Shown here: positions 17,413 through 27,018 of the stretch, in pieces
Numbering within the stretch: the first letter of the stretch is position 1
Layout of the letters: each line of letters opens with the position of its first letter
DNA from: a virus
Taxonomy: Duplodnaviria; Heunggongvirae; Uroviricota; Caudoviricetes
Direction: 5' to 3' (one strand)
Virus record (IMG/VR): IMGVR_UViG_3300032323_004296
Length of the DNA: 64,000 nucleotides
Notes under the pieces: model-generated
What the model saw: the letters and a program-made list of their open reading frames with translations, nothing else
The model's database searches: none
Told to the model about the DNA's origin: nothing
Position numbers and translations under genes: made by a program

Positions 17413-18399
17413 ATGCCGAATTTAATAAAATATAGTACGACGAATGTAAATAAATCAATTAAAAAGGGAAACGTATCGATAGGTGTAAATATTGGTGATT
17501 ACGGACCAACAGATACTACGGGCTTTTGGAATGGTATAACACCAACAACTGGAGGTTATACTGTTTATACATTACCTTCAGGACAAACTACACCAAGTAT
17601 TGTTTGTCCACCTAATGACTCTGAGTTAGTTTATTGGATAAAGTCTTTAGGGGGTAATGTAACAACCGCAACAGAAGCATTGACGTATGTTGGTTCATCA
17701 CTACCAAATGTTTTAGTTGCGAACAGAGATTATCCCAATATTCCCACTAATGGGTTAGTTTCATGTATAGATGGGGGTTATACAGGTTCATACACAAGAC
17801 AAACAGGAGGAATTTCCTACGATTTGTCAGGTAACAACAACAGGGTACAATTAACACTAGCGAATTATGATTCTGCATCAGGGGGCTCAATGCTATTTGG
17901 TCAAAATAAGTTTGGTACTCATACACTCAGTTCCGCCCCATTCAATGGAGATTTTACTTTCAACATAATTTTTAAACATACTAATGCATACCCTTTTGGT
18001 AATTGGGATTTCTTATATACCGTTAATGCTTTCGGGGTGGGATTCACTGTCACAACTTTTCTTGATAAACCTAGAATTAATTATGGTCAATGGTTTACTG
18101 ATGTTTTGGATAGTAGTTCCTTCTCGGCGTTAACTGTTGGGCAAAATTATATGATGACTGTAATAAAAAGTTCAAATGTTTTTTCATGTTATGTGAATGC
18201 AGTATCTTATGGGGTGGGGTCAACAACTGCGACATCAATTACATTAACAAATTTTAGAATAGGTTGTGGACCATCAACAAATGTTGGGGTGGAGTATTGG
18301 GTTGGAAACATTTATGTTATCAACATTTATAATAGAGCAATATCTCAATCAGAGATAACCTCTTTGTATGACGGATATAAAACAATCTATAATATTTAA
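17413..18399 (+). CDS. hypothetical Gly/Thr/Asn-rich protein (possible structural or glycan-binding beta-sandwich)
   Basis: 328 aa with a composition typical of fibre or lectin-like domains. No specific motif recognised. Confidence 0.5.
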   Translation: MPNLIKYSTTNVNKSIKKGNVSIGVNIGDYGPTDTTGFWNGITPTTGGYTVYTLPSGQTTPSIVCPPNDSELVYWIKSLGGNVTTATEALTYVGSSLPNVLVANRDYPNIPTNGLVSCIDGGYTGSYTRQTGGISYDLSGNNNRVQLTLANYDSASGGSMLFGQNKFGTHTLSSAPFNGDFTFNIIFKHTNAYPFGNWDFLYTVNAFGVGFTVTTFLDKPRINYGQWFTDVLDSSSFSALTVGQNYMMTVIKSSNVFSCYVNAVSYGVGSTTATSITLTNFRIGCGPSTNVGVEYWVGNIYVINIYNRAISQSEITSLYDGYKTIYNI

Positions 18400-18409
18400 A
18401 TTTACATAA

Positions 18410-18598
18410 ATGAAATATATTATTCTTAAAGAAATTATTGCAAATGGTCAAGTTGACCATGGAGCTTATTTAGGAAAAGTAAGTACGGATGACCCTTACT
18501 ATATTTATGATACTTTAGAAGAAGCACAAGTTAAAATGCAAGAGTTGATTGATGATGATACAATAGGTAGAGGTTTCAAAATTAATGAAATCCCTTAA
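18410..18598 (+). CDS. hypothetical protein
   Basis: 62 aa. N-terminus MKYIILKE is weakly like leader family B. Confidence 0.35.
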   Translation: MKYIILKEIIANGQVDHGAYLGKVSTDDPYYIYDTLEEAQVKMQELIDDDTIGRGFKINEIP

Positions 18599-18631
18599 TT
18601 GAGTTTGAATTTATTTTAATATATTTGTAAC

Positions 18632-18919
18632 ATGAAACTATTACAATACCTTACACTCAAACTCCTCCTCAAGGACCCAATAATCACTGCAAAAGTTTAC
18701 AAGATATTATTCGAGGACGAATTTTCATATCAAGAACCCAAACAGAATGGACAGAATAAGATAACTGAAGTAAAACCAAAGCCTACAAAAAAACCTGAGA
18801 ACGATTTACAAAGAACTCTGAGAGAACTCAAATCAAAACCAAATAAAAGTAAAAAAGACAAAGAATCTATAGGTATTTTAGAGGCGGTTATCAAAAACGG
18901 GCATGATTCTTTTTCATAA
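18632..18919 (+). CDS. hypothetical Lys-rich protein
   Basis: 95-aa ORF. Confidence 0.4.
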   Translation: MKLLQYLTLKLLLKDPIITAKVYKILFEDEFSYQEPKQNGQNKITEVKPKPTKKPENDLQRTLRELKSKPNKSKKDKESIGILEAVIKNGHDSFS

Positions 18920-18937
18920 TATATCTATTTATAAGAT

Positions 18938-19276
18938 ATGAGAATTATCATCACTGAAGGTCAATCTGATTCATTGATTTATAATATTTTGGCAGATACC
19001 TTTACAGGTTACGAATTGAAGTTCGAAGGTGATGGTAGAAATATCTACGTAGACGGTCAAGTGATGATGACAATTTATCCTAACAGAGTCGTAATCGACA
19101 AAAGTATTATCGACCATATCACAAACACATTTTTCTTTGATGACATCAGAGACTTGAAAAAAATAATCAGAGAATGGGTTGTAGAAAACTTTGGAGTTAA
19201 AAGGGCAAGTCAAACGTTTTTTGGTGTTCAATTCAAAGACCTTTCGGGAAATTCAACTCAAAGATTGGAGAAATAG
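18938..19276 (+). CDS. hypothetical protein (leader MRIIITEGQSDSLIYNIL, family B-like)
   Basis: N-terminus resembles the B leader, including an ITE tripeptide. Confidence 0.45.
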   Translation: MRIIITEGQSDSLIYNILADTFTGYELKFEGDGRNIYVDGQVMMTIYPNRVVIDKSIIDHITNTFFFDDIRDLKKIIREWVVENFGVKRASQTFFGVQFKDLSGNSTQRLEK

Positions 19277-19280
19277 GAAA

Positions 19281-19667
19281 TTAATAAATTGAACGATTAC
19301 CAGGTTCACGAGTAATACCTACTTCATCTATTTCAACATTCAAGTTTTCACTAACCCAATCTGCAATAATATCAATTATTTTACTTTCTCTTACATTAAG
19401 ACTTATTCTTAGGTTGTCGACCAAATTGGAGTCAATGTAAAGACTACCCATACCATTATGTGGATTTCCATCGTCGTCTTCACCAGGGCCGTACCAAAAA
19501 TAACTCATTGGATGTTCTCCATCGTCAGTGTAGATTTCAACTCTCCATACACTACCATCTTCAACATGAGGGTTTTTGTAATTCCTAAAATCTTCTTTTG
19601 AGAAAATTTCCGTAAGGTATCTGTAAACCAAGGAATGAAATTGAGATGGACTTATAATATATCGCAT
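19281..19667 (-). CDS. leader family B protein (MRYIISPSQFHSLVYRYL)
   Basis: N-terminal motif shared with the MKYIITEEQY family. Confidence 0.5.
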   Translation of the reverse strand: MRYIISPSQFHSLVYRYLTEIFSKEDFRNYKNPHVEDGSVWRVEIYTDDGEHPMSYFWYGPGEDDDGNPHNGMGSLYIDSNLVDNLRISLNVRESKIIDIIADWVSENLNVEIDEVGITREPGNRSIY

Positions 19668-19718
19668 TTAGGTTTGTTTAGTAATAAATACAAAGATATT
19701 TATCTTTATAGATACAAT

Positions 19719-20195
19719 ATGAACTTACAAGAAAACATACATAGGATTAGAGAGATGATGGGTATAAGTGAGTCAACCATCCCAAACTCAATTAAAAGGA
19801 GAGCTAATGAGCTGACATTGAAAGAATACATAACCAAAGGAGAATTACAATATCCAACTCTATGTGATGATTTTGAGGATGAATATGAATATGCTGATGC
19901 AGTAATTGATTATGGTCTTGACGAATTTTTATATGAAGTGAACGATGACATCTTCGATGAAGATTATTACAGTGATGTTATGGATTATTTAAGAAACACG
20001 TGCAGAGATTTGTTTGGCCAGTATTTGATTGATATATACAAAACAACTTGTTCTGAATATATGTCAGATTCAGATATGAAAGAAGAACAGAACGAATCAG
20101 AAATTACTGAGAGATGTTGGAAAGGATATACTCAGAAAGGAATGAAAACAATGTTCGGTAAAAGATACCCAAATTGTGTTAAAAAGAAAAAGTAA
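19719..20195 (+). CDS. leader family C protein (MNLQENIHRIREMMGI); body paralogous to 37856..38197
   Basis: Start set at the internal ATG at 19719, which is preceded by TATCTTTATA. Its body ...IPNSIKRRANELTLKEYI...YADAVIDYGLDEF...MDYLRNTCRDLFGQ aligns with 37856..38197. Confidence 0.6.
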   Translation: MNLQENIHRIREMMGISESTIPNSIKRRANELTLKEYITKGELQYPTLCDDFEDEYEYADAVIDYGLDEFLYEVNDDIFDEDYYSDVMDYLRNTCRDLFGQYLIDIYKTTCSEYMSDSDMKEEQNESEITERCWKGYTQKGMKTMFGKRYPNCVKKKK

Positions 20196-20196
20196 T

Positions 20197-21159
20197 ATGA
20201 ACTTACAAGAGAACATACAAAGGATAAAAGAGATGATGGGTATAATTTCTGAAACCACAAAAATGGTTAACAAGATTGAATGGGTCAAACCTGAGTTCCA
20301 AACGGAAGAAAACGAATTTATGAATCATTTTCTTAATTGGTTACAAGACGACGTTCTTCAAGTAAACTTTGAGCATTTTTCAAATAAACAATTAGACAAA
20401 CTTATTGATGATATTCACAGCGCTTATGAAAGGGCTGACGTAAAATCATTAACTGATGAAGAATGGTCAAAGATGGAAAATACAGATAGTTGGACAATAG
20501 AAACATATAAAGATTTGTTCGATATTATACATGGGCAATGGGGTAGGAGTGAGGAAAGGATAATTAAACATTCAATAGAGCCGCTCAAAAATGGTGGAAT
20601 AGTTGAAACACCTATAGTTGCATACGCAGACAACCATCCACCCTATTTAGTTGCGGGAAACACAAGATTGTCCGTTTGTAAACTTTTAGGTATAACTCCA
20701 AAAGTTACCAAAGTTAAAATCAAAATTAATATCAAGGAAGAAAAAAAATCAGGAGAGGAGTGGGTCAAGTGTGTTAATTGCAAAAAGAAGTTTACACAAA
20801 CAATTCATAAAGGAAAAAAGTCTTTACCAATCTGTCCTCATTGTGGTACAAACAATGATTTAGTTAAAGAATCGGTAATTCCTGTTTATCTTAAAAGAAG
20901 ATTGTTCGAGATGTTACCAAATTTCATAAGAAATACCTATGAATGGTTGGCACCATGGTCATTTAATAGTTATGACGAATACATGGAAAGAATTATTTTC
21001 AATGTTGTAAGAGAAATTTCTCTTTCTGCTGGAGAGGAAAACTATGAAGAAATAATGAAAATGAGGGAGAAACTTGCTCCATATATAACCAAATACATCG
21101 AAGATAATTTCTCAGAGGAAATAGAAGAATATTACAACGACAACTCGACACCTGGATAA
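20197..21159 (+). CDS. leader family C protein with ParB/Srx-like motif and C-terminal zinc ribbon
   Basis: Leader MNLQENIQRIKEMMGI. HPPYLVAGNTRLSVCKLLGI resembles the ParB N-terminal / sulfiredoxin fold. Zinc ribbon CVNCKKKF...CPHCG. Confidence 0.55.
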   Translation: MNLQENIQRIKEMMGIISETTKMVNKIEWVKPEFQTEENEFMNHFLNWLQDDVLQVNFEHFSNKQLDKLIDDIHSAYERADVKSLTDEEWSKMENTDSWTIETYKDLFDIIHGQWGRSEERIIKHSIEPLKNGGIVETPIVAYADNHPPYLVAGNTRLSVCKLLGITPKVTKVKIKINIKEEKKSGEEWVKCVNCKKKFTQTIHKGKKSLPICPHCGTNNDLVKESVIPVYLKRRLFEMLPNFIRNTYEWLAPWSFNSYDEYMERIIFNVVREISLSAGEENYEEIMKMREKLAPYITKYIEDNFSEEIEEYYNDNSTPG

Positions 21160-21908
21160 TTTGATTCGAACATCGGAAATACTGCATCCTCAGGTGAAAC
21201 TTCCACAAGTCCAATACCTAAGTAATTAGCGTCCATTCCTTCATATTGGTCAATAAATTCATAGGTCTTCTTGTGATTTTTTTTGACTTCATTCCAAATC
21301 AATCTAGTACTTTCTGAGTTCCTATTACTTATATCGTGAAAGATAATGTATTTCGCACCCAAAATAAGTGCTGTGACATAATCATGTTTGACACAAGGAT
21401 AAGTATGACATCCGTCTATGAATACTAAATCAATTTTCTTTGTTGTAATTCCTAAAGGCATCTGGTCCACCCCTGTGAGGGTATCGAAGAAGGTAGAACT
21501 GTGTGATGGAGTTTGGTGATAATAAAATCTATCCCTCACAAACTCGTGTTGATATGTATGTAATATTTCGGAGGGAGGAATAATATCCACACAATGAGAC
21601 TCCACGTAGTTATTATATCTTTTAAGTAATTCGTTTATCAAAACAAATGTACCACCATACCTTACACCAATTTCTAAGTATGAATTAATTTTCTTCCCTT
21701 TCAAATGACAAAGTAATTTACTAAGTTGGTTTGGGTATTGCCAAAACTTTATTCCCCATCCCATATATTTCGAGAACATAGGGGGTATTTCACTAATGTA
21801 TTCATTGTTCATTCCAAAGGTCGGAAGTATATTTTCAATTTCTTTTTGTGATGCGTTAACAAAATCAAAGTTAACTATTTCGGTTAATGATTGTCTAATT
21901 GTCTTCAT
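21132..21908 (-). CDS. class I SAM-dependent O-methyltransferase (TylF/MycF-like, Methyltransf_24)
   Basis: SYLEIGVRYGGTFVL (SAM motif I) and IDLVFIDGCHTY...IIFHDI, typical of macrocin/sugar O-methyltransferases. Confidence 0.7.
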   Translation of the reverse strand: MKTIRQSLTEIVNFDFVNASQKEIENILPTFGMNNEYISEIPPMFSKYMGWGIKFWQYPNQLSKLLCHLKGKKINSYLEIGVRYGGTFVLINELLKRYNNYVESHCVDIIPPSEILHTYQHEFVRDRFYYHQTPSHSSTFFDTLTGVDQMPLGITTKKIDLVFIDGCHTYPCVKHDYVTALILGAKYIIFHDISNRNSESTRLIWNEVKKNHKKTYEFIDQYEGMDANYLGIGLVEVSPEDAVFPMFESNYPGVELSL

Positions 21909-22148
21909 TCAGGAAATATAACAAAAAAGTTTTGCTTGTCTAATAGTTCAATATCTTTTTATCGTCACAAACTTTTAATATATTTGGGACATGTATACCA
22001 CAGAGAAGGAACTTCAAATCAAGTCAAGGACAACAGGATTTGCATCACCTGCGGAGTCATATGTAGACAATAGTTTATGTCTCAGAAGTTCACGACATCA
22101 TGGGCGGATATACCGTCAGTATTTGTGTGATGTTTATATTTATTTATT

Positions 22149-22862
22149 ATGAAAGAGGGTAATCATTCGAAACTTAAAAAAACAATCGAACAACTACAAA
22201 AATATAAAAAAGTTTTGTTACTTACGTGTTCAAACAGAGGTGCGGAAGTAATAAAAACTCAAACACCCAAGTCAAGTATTCTAGCAAGAGTAATAAATAA
22301 AAATGTAGATAATTCTACCTTGATAGATGTGACCAAACTAAAAATTTATCCTTGTGAAGGTAATGTTTCGAGAATGGAGGGAAATGTCTGTGGAATTAAA
22401 GAAGCTTTATTGGAAGACGAAGAAAAAAATCCTAGTGGTTACCATAGGTGTTGGGCATCTATAAATAATCCTGACGACGAACTTTGGCAAATAAGTAAAG
22501 AACTTTTTGAATCAGACTGTGTAATTTTCTTTGCATCGGTTAGATGGGGTTCTGCAAATATGTTTTATCAAAAATTAATCGAAAGGTTAAATTGGATAAA
22601 TAATAGATATATACCTTACGGAGAATCCAATATAATCAAAGATATTACTTCGGGATTCATAATTGTAGGTCAACACCAATATGCTGACCATATTTGTAAA
22701 CAACAATATAATAACCATACCGATTATGGTTTCAAATCTGACAAAAACCTTTATTGGTATTGGAATGCTGAAGATATCGAATACGATGAAGAAACATTAC
22801 AAGGTTACATCGAAAGTTATCCTGAGTTTTTCGAAGAGTTCAAAATCAGAGTAGTAGAATAA
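22149..22862 (+). CDS. conserved hypothetical (flavodoxin-like fold?) protein, paralog of 58230..58997
   Basis: Extended identity blocks with 58230..58997: LLL(T/A)CSNR..., IYPCEGNVSR(M/A)EGN(V/S)CG, NPSGYHRCWAS, DELW(Q/K)I(S/T)KELF, VRWG(S/Q)ANMFYQKLIERL(N/T)WI. Confidence 0.6.
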   Translation: MKEGNHSKLKKTIEQLQKYKKVLLLTCSNRGAEVIKTQTPKSSILARVINKNVDNSTLIDVTKLKIYPCEGNVSRMEGNVCGIKEALLEDEEKNPSGYHRCWASINNPDDELWQISKELFESDCVIFFASVRWGSANMFYQKLIERLNWINNRYIPYGESNIIKDITSGFIIVGQHQYADHICKQQYNNHTDYGFKSDKNLYWYWNAEDIEYDEETLQGYIESYPEFFEEFKIRVVE

Positions 22863-22915
22863 ATAATCTTTTTACTATTTGCTCGAAATGATGTATTTTT
22901 ACACAAAAGTATATC

Positions 22916-23629
22916 ATGTCATATTTAAACACTCCAATTCCAATTGTAGAGGCATACATCAGAGGAAACTTCCTTAGAAACCAAGAAGATTCTTTTGACA
23001 AAAAATTCCCTTGTTATATTTTCGGAATGTCATCAATACCTGCTCAAGCACCTTTGTTCCATTTCATGATGGAAGATGGTGGAATTTGGTGGAGGATGCC
23101 TATCCACGCTTTTTGTTGGAAAGAAGATGCACCACAACAAGAGTTGGATGAACTTGTATTGTGGGATTCCTTTGCCTACCATGTTGGAGTTACAGCATTT
23201 CCTATTTTGAAGAACAAAACTTGTAAGTTTACGTCGAGAAGAAGAGTTCAATATTCAGGACGTTATTTATTTACCCTGGATTGGGGTAGCTCTGATGACA
23301 TGAGTGATACTGATTTTGGATTAAGTGAGTTTCCATCTCAACACAAGTGTGGACACTTCATCCAAATGGATAATGGTAATTTTGCGATACAACCAAACAA
23401 TCGTTTGATAATCCATGACCCATCATTTACTGTGAAACAGGACATTGTCATCAATAGGAAATATAACACAACTCTGTGGACTGCAGAAAGGAATAGTAGG
23501 TGGGTAACTCCTGATACGGATGTTTTCAATTACGACCATACTGATTTGGAGTCTGGTGAATCCAATAGAGAACGTTCGGAGGAGTACGATAGATTAGATT
23601 TAAAATTCAATAATGAAGATAATATTTGA
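22916..23629 (+). CDS. hypothetical protein
   Basis: 237-aa ORF. Confidence 0.55.
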   Translation: MSYLNTPIPIVEAYIRGNFLRNQEDSFDKKFPCYIFGMSSIPAQAPLFHFMMEDGGIWWRMPIHAFCWKEDAPQQELDELVLWDSFAYHVGVTAFPILKNKTCKFTSRRRVQYSGRYLFTLDWGSSDDMSDTDFGLSEFPSQHKCGHFIQMDNGNFAIQPNNRLIIHDPSFTVKQDIVINRKYNTTLWTAERNSRWVTPDTDVFNYDHTDLESGESNRERSEEYDRLDLKFNNEDNI

Positions 23630-24224
23630 CCACTCGAAGGGTCATATAAAAGATGATAGGATTTTCTGTGAGGTGTTCGCCATTCCTGAGGGAGAAAAAG
23701 AATGTGAACTTTTAGAACTTGGTTTTTTACCATGTCAACCGCCACTTTATTGGTATCAAGCAAGAAGTTGTAGAATAAATAATAATAAAGTTAATTTTTC
23801 ATCCAAAAGAAAAAAAATATTATCTCAATTACAAATACAAATCTTTCCATACAAAGACGTTAAGGAAGATGTTGATAGTTTCTTCGCGAACTATATTCAG
23901 TTCAAGAAATTTGATATGTTAAGTTCATATACAAATAATTCTTCCTTTGATGACCTTAAGGTTATGGAAGTCAAGTACAAAGATAAAGTTGTTGTTTATA
24001 CTAGGTTCAGAGAATTTGAGAAATCATTGTTAGATATAGAAACTGCTATTACTCAAGATATGCCCAAATTTTCATTAGGAAAAGATGCGATTCTTTTATT
24101 AAGTAATTACGGAAAAACAAAAGGTATTAATTATGTGTACCTTTATGAGTCATATGATGATTATTTCCCATATAAACTAGAAATTACAGGTATGGAGTAT
24201 TGGGAAGGTGAAAAATGGATATAA
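23613..24224 (+). CDS. hypothetical protein
   Basis: 203-aa ORF. Confidence 0.55.
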   Translation: MKIIFDHSKGHIKDDRIFCEVFAIPEGEKECELLELGFLPCQPPLYWYQARSCRINNNKVNFSSKRKKILSQLQIQIFPYKDVKEDVDSFFANYIQFKKFDMLSSYTNNSSFDDLKVMEVKYKDKVVVYTRFREFEKSLLDIETAITQDMPKFSLGKDAILLLSNYGKTKGINYVYLYESYDDYFPYKLEITGMEYWEGEKWI

Positions 24225-24230
24225 AGATTA

Positions 24231-24608
24231 CTATAGGTCATCTTCATCATCTTCAAACTCATAATCTTCATCATCTTCGGACTCATCATCCTCATCTTCC
24301 AAATCATGTGGAAACATAGAAATTATGTAATCACCATAATTCTCCTCGATGAATTCCTTCAATTCTTCTTCGTCCAATCCCTCTTGTCCACCTGTCTCCA
24401 TAAAAAGCCTATCTACCACGATATTAATGACAATGTTCAAGAATTCAATTATGTTTGTGAATTCACCACCTCCATCTTTATGTATTTCCGAAATTTCGTC
24501 TTGGATGATTTTCTCGATTGAATTAATTCTTCTTCTAAGAAATGGAGAACTTAAGTCTAACTCTTCTTTAATTAAATTATATTGTCGTTCAGTTACAATG
24601 TATTTCAT
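24231..24608 (-). CDS. leader family B protein with poly-acidic C-terminal tail
   Basis: N-terminus MKYIVTERQYNLIKEEL. The C-terminal 30 aa are almost all D/E with aromatic residues (DLEDEDDESEDDEDYEFEDDEDDL). Confidence 0.55.
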   Translation of the reverse strand: MKYIVTERQYNLIKEELDLSSPFLRRRINSIEKIIQDEISEIHKDGGGEFTNIIEFLNIVINIVVDRLFMETGGQEGLDEEELKEFIEENYGDYIISMFPHDLEDEDDESEDDEDYEFEDDEDDL

Positions 24609-24641
24609 AATATATAATTATTTTTAATTTGATATTTATTC

Positions 24642-25091
24642 ATGATGAATTTACAGGAAAATATACAAAGAATTAAGGGTATGATGGGAATTACAGAAGA
24701 GTCATACGTTAATACCGAGGATGGAACATATGTCACCACCGAAGATGGGGTTCGAGAATTAGAATATATTTTGAATAAAAGAATGCCGAAGATATTCCCA
24801 TGGTGGAAAAAAATTGATTTAGAATACATAGGTCATCATGTTCGATATCCTAATATGAGACTTAAAGGAACGTTGTTTGTAGATAGAGATTGGGCAATCA
24901 ATAGGTTTGAATCACATAATACTTATAGTAAATTTGACGATGATAAAAATCTTTATTTAGGACATTTTTTGGTAACAGATGAGGTAAATGAGATTGAGGA
25001 ATATGTCAAAGAAAATTACTCAATCATTGCTGGGAAAAACCCTATGAGTGTTAAAATGTTCAGGAAAGATATCAAAGTTGTTGCGGTATAA
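24642..25091 (+). CDS. leader family C protein (MMNLQENIQRIKGMMGI)
   Basis: N-terminal motif. Confidence 0.55.
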   Translation: MMNLQENIQRIKGMMGITEESYVNTEDGTYVTTEDGVRELEYILNKRMPKIFPWWKKIDLEYIGHHVRYPNMRLKGTLFVDRDWAINRFESHNTYSKFDDDKNLYLGHFLVTDEVNEIEEYVKENYSIIAGKNPMSVKMFRKDIKVVAV

Positions 25092-25097
25092 TACATA

Positions 25098-25667
25098 CTA
25101 AGTACGTGAATAAGGAACGGGAGCAACAAAAGACATATCATATCCCTCGAGTTTCTTTTTATATTCCAACAAGTCCTCACGAGTGTATATAGGTGAAAAC
25201 TTAGGTCTATCCCTGAATGGCACATTATCACGATTATCCCAATCCTCAAGTTGTTTTTCAATCTGTGATATCACTTGTTTTAGAACTTCATATCTGTTCC
25301 ACTTTTCATAGTCTTCTTCAGAGACGATATAGTTCAATTCACCATAGTTATGTATCTCACCGAGGTCGGGGTTAGTAGAATAAACATCTACAATACCATC
25401 TTCACCATCATACTTATAAAGGAGGTCCTGAAGGGTATGTTTATTTTTAATATCACTTTCTACCCAATTGCGTCCATATGAACGGACCTTACAGATATAC
25501 AAATAGCCGTCTTTATGGTTACTAATTCTGTTCATGATTTCGTGGTTTAATGTAATGAGTTCCTCGATTGTATAATTTGTCAAGTCCATAGTCTTGCAAA
25601 GATAATCAATTATATAATACGAATAAAAAAAAGTTTGACAGTCTATCTTTAAACCTTCAACCTTCAT
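25098..25667 (-). CDS. hypothetical protein
   Basis: 189-aa ORF. Confidence 0.55.
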   Translation of the reverse strand: MKVEGLKIDCQTFFYSYYIIDYLCKTMDLTNYTIEELITLNHEIMNRISNHKDGYLYICKVRSYGRNWVESDIKNKHTLQDLLYKYDGEDGIVDVYSTNPDLGEIHNYGELNYIVSEEDYEKWNRYEVLKQVISQIEKQLEDWDNRDNVPFRDRPKFSPIYTREDLLEYKKKLEGYDMSFVAPVPYSRT

Positions 25668-25715
25668 TTACCAAAACGAAACCCCCCTACCTTCAAATAC
25701 CCGATGTTTTTGGTT

Positions 25716-26567
25716 CTATATTATCTTTTTACCTTTTTTCATATTTTCTACACCCCACAATGGACGAAGATTTGTGTAGTGATTAAGTTTAATAACCTCC
25801 TCCAATGTTTTTGCGGATGATAAAGGAATTATGTGGTCTATGTGCCACCCCGAAAAACAGTAGTTATCCCAAGACATACCATCTTGGAATTGTTTTTCTA
25901 AATGTTCTTTCAGTTCTCGAGGGGTACATCCTATCATATTAAGAGTTTTAAAATGAGGTTTTTTTATTCCTTTATGTTTAAGGTATGCTTTGATTCTACC
26001 CCTTACGTTTTGGGATATTGCAAATAAAGGGTCAATTTTTCTCCTTTCTTTAACATATTTCTTTTGACGTTTCAAAATCATCTCACGATTATTTTTGACA
26101 TATATTTTTTTATGTTCATCAACTTTTTCTTTGTTAGACGAATAATAGTCAGACGAAGCCTTTTTACGACAATCTTTACAAACAGTGTTTAGACCATCAT
26201 TACTTATTCTAAGTTTACCAAAACATTTCATTTCCAAAATTTGATTACATCTATAACAATATTTTTTATTCTGTGATTTCGCTATCTCATAAATTTTTTC
26301 CTCTTCCAAAATAAAATCAACGCTCACCCCCCTCTTCCACGCTCTATGTTTAATGTTTCTTTCAAATTTTTCATTTTCAGTCAAGTTTTTTCTTTTTTCT
26401 TGATTCTTTTTCTTTTGTGCTTCATAAATCTCAGGGTTATTATTCAAATAAATCCTATTCAATTCTGTAGTACATTTTACACAATTAGGTCTTTTACCGC
26501 TTCTTAATTTATGAAAATTAGTAATGGGTTGTTCTATCCCACATCTTTTACATACTTTAGTTTCCAT
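25716..26567 (-). CDS. HNH homing-type endonuclease with N-terminal zinc finger
   Basis: C-terminus GWHIDHIIPLS...LNHYTNLRPLWGVENMKKGKK is the HNH motif. N-terminal CKRCG...CVKC zinc fingers. Confidence 0.75.
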   Translation of the reverse strand: METKVCKRCGIEQPITNFHKLRSGKRPNCVKCTTELNRIYLNNNPEIYEAQKKKNQEKRKNLTENEKFERNIKHRAWKRGVSVDFILEEEKIYEIAKSQNKKYCYRCNQILEMKCFGKLRISNDGLNTVCKDCRKKASSDYYSSNKEKVDEHKKIYVKNNREMILKRQKKYVKERRKIDPLFAISQNVRGRIKAYLKHKGIKKPHFKTLNMIGCTPRELKEHLEKQFQDGMSWDNYCFSGWHIDHIIPLSSAKTLEEVIKLNHYTNLRPLWGVENMKKGKKII

Positions 26568-26696
26568 ACCAAAAAAATAAAAAGAATTTCATTAATAGTG
26601 TAGATTATAGAGTAAGTTAGTTCACTGCAGGACAATACATTCCTCACTCCGTTCGGAAGTCCTTACGTTCACAACCTTACTCTATAATCGTATGTA

Positions 26697-26996
26697 TTAT
26701 TTAGTTTCAGTACTATGAAACTCCACATCATCGAATCGCTGATAGTGCTCAGGTCCGAGTGCATTAAAACAAGTCTCAGTTAATTCAGCCACTTCTTTAA
26801 AATCTTCCGTAATAGTAATATCTCCATCTTCGTCAGGGGTAACATAATAAATGACTATAAATTTTTCAACACCAATCTTTTTTAACCTTCCCATGACGGG
26901 TCTAAAAGTATCTGCCTTTATTTCGAAATCCTGTATAAAAGGGTACTTACCAATTATCAATTTCCTTATCAACTTATCTAACAAAACTTTCATCAT
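26697..26996 (-). CDS. hypothetical protein, tandem paralog 1
   Basis: MMKVLLDKLIRKLIIGKYPFIQDFEIK...ELTETCFNALGPEHYQR is about 65% identical to 27019..27354. Confidence 0.55.
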   Translation of the reverse strand: MMKVLLDKLIRKLIIGKYPFIQDFEIKADTFRPVMGRLKKIGVEKFIVIYYVTPDEDGDITITEDFKEVAELTETCFNALGPEHYQRFDDVEFHSTETK

Positions 26997-27018
26997 ACTT
27001 ACTCTATAATCGTATTAT

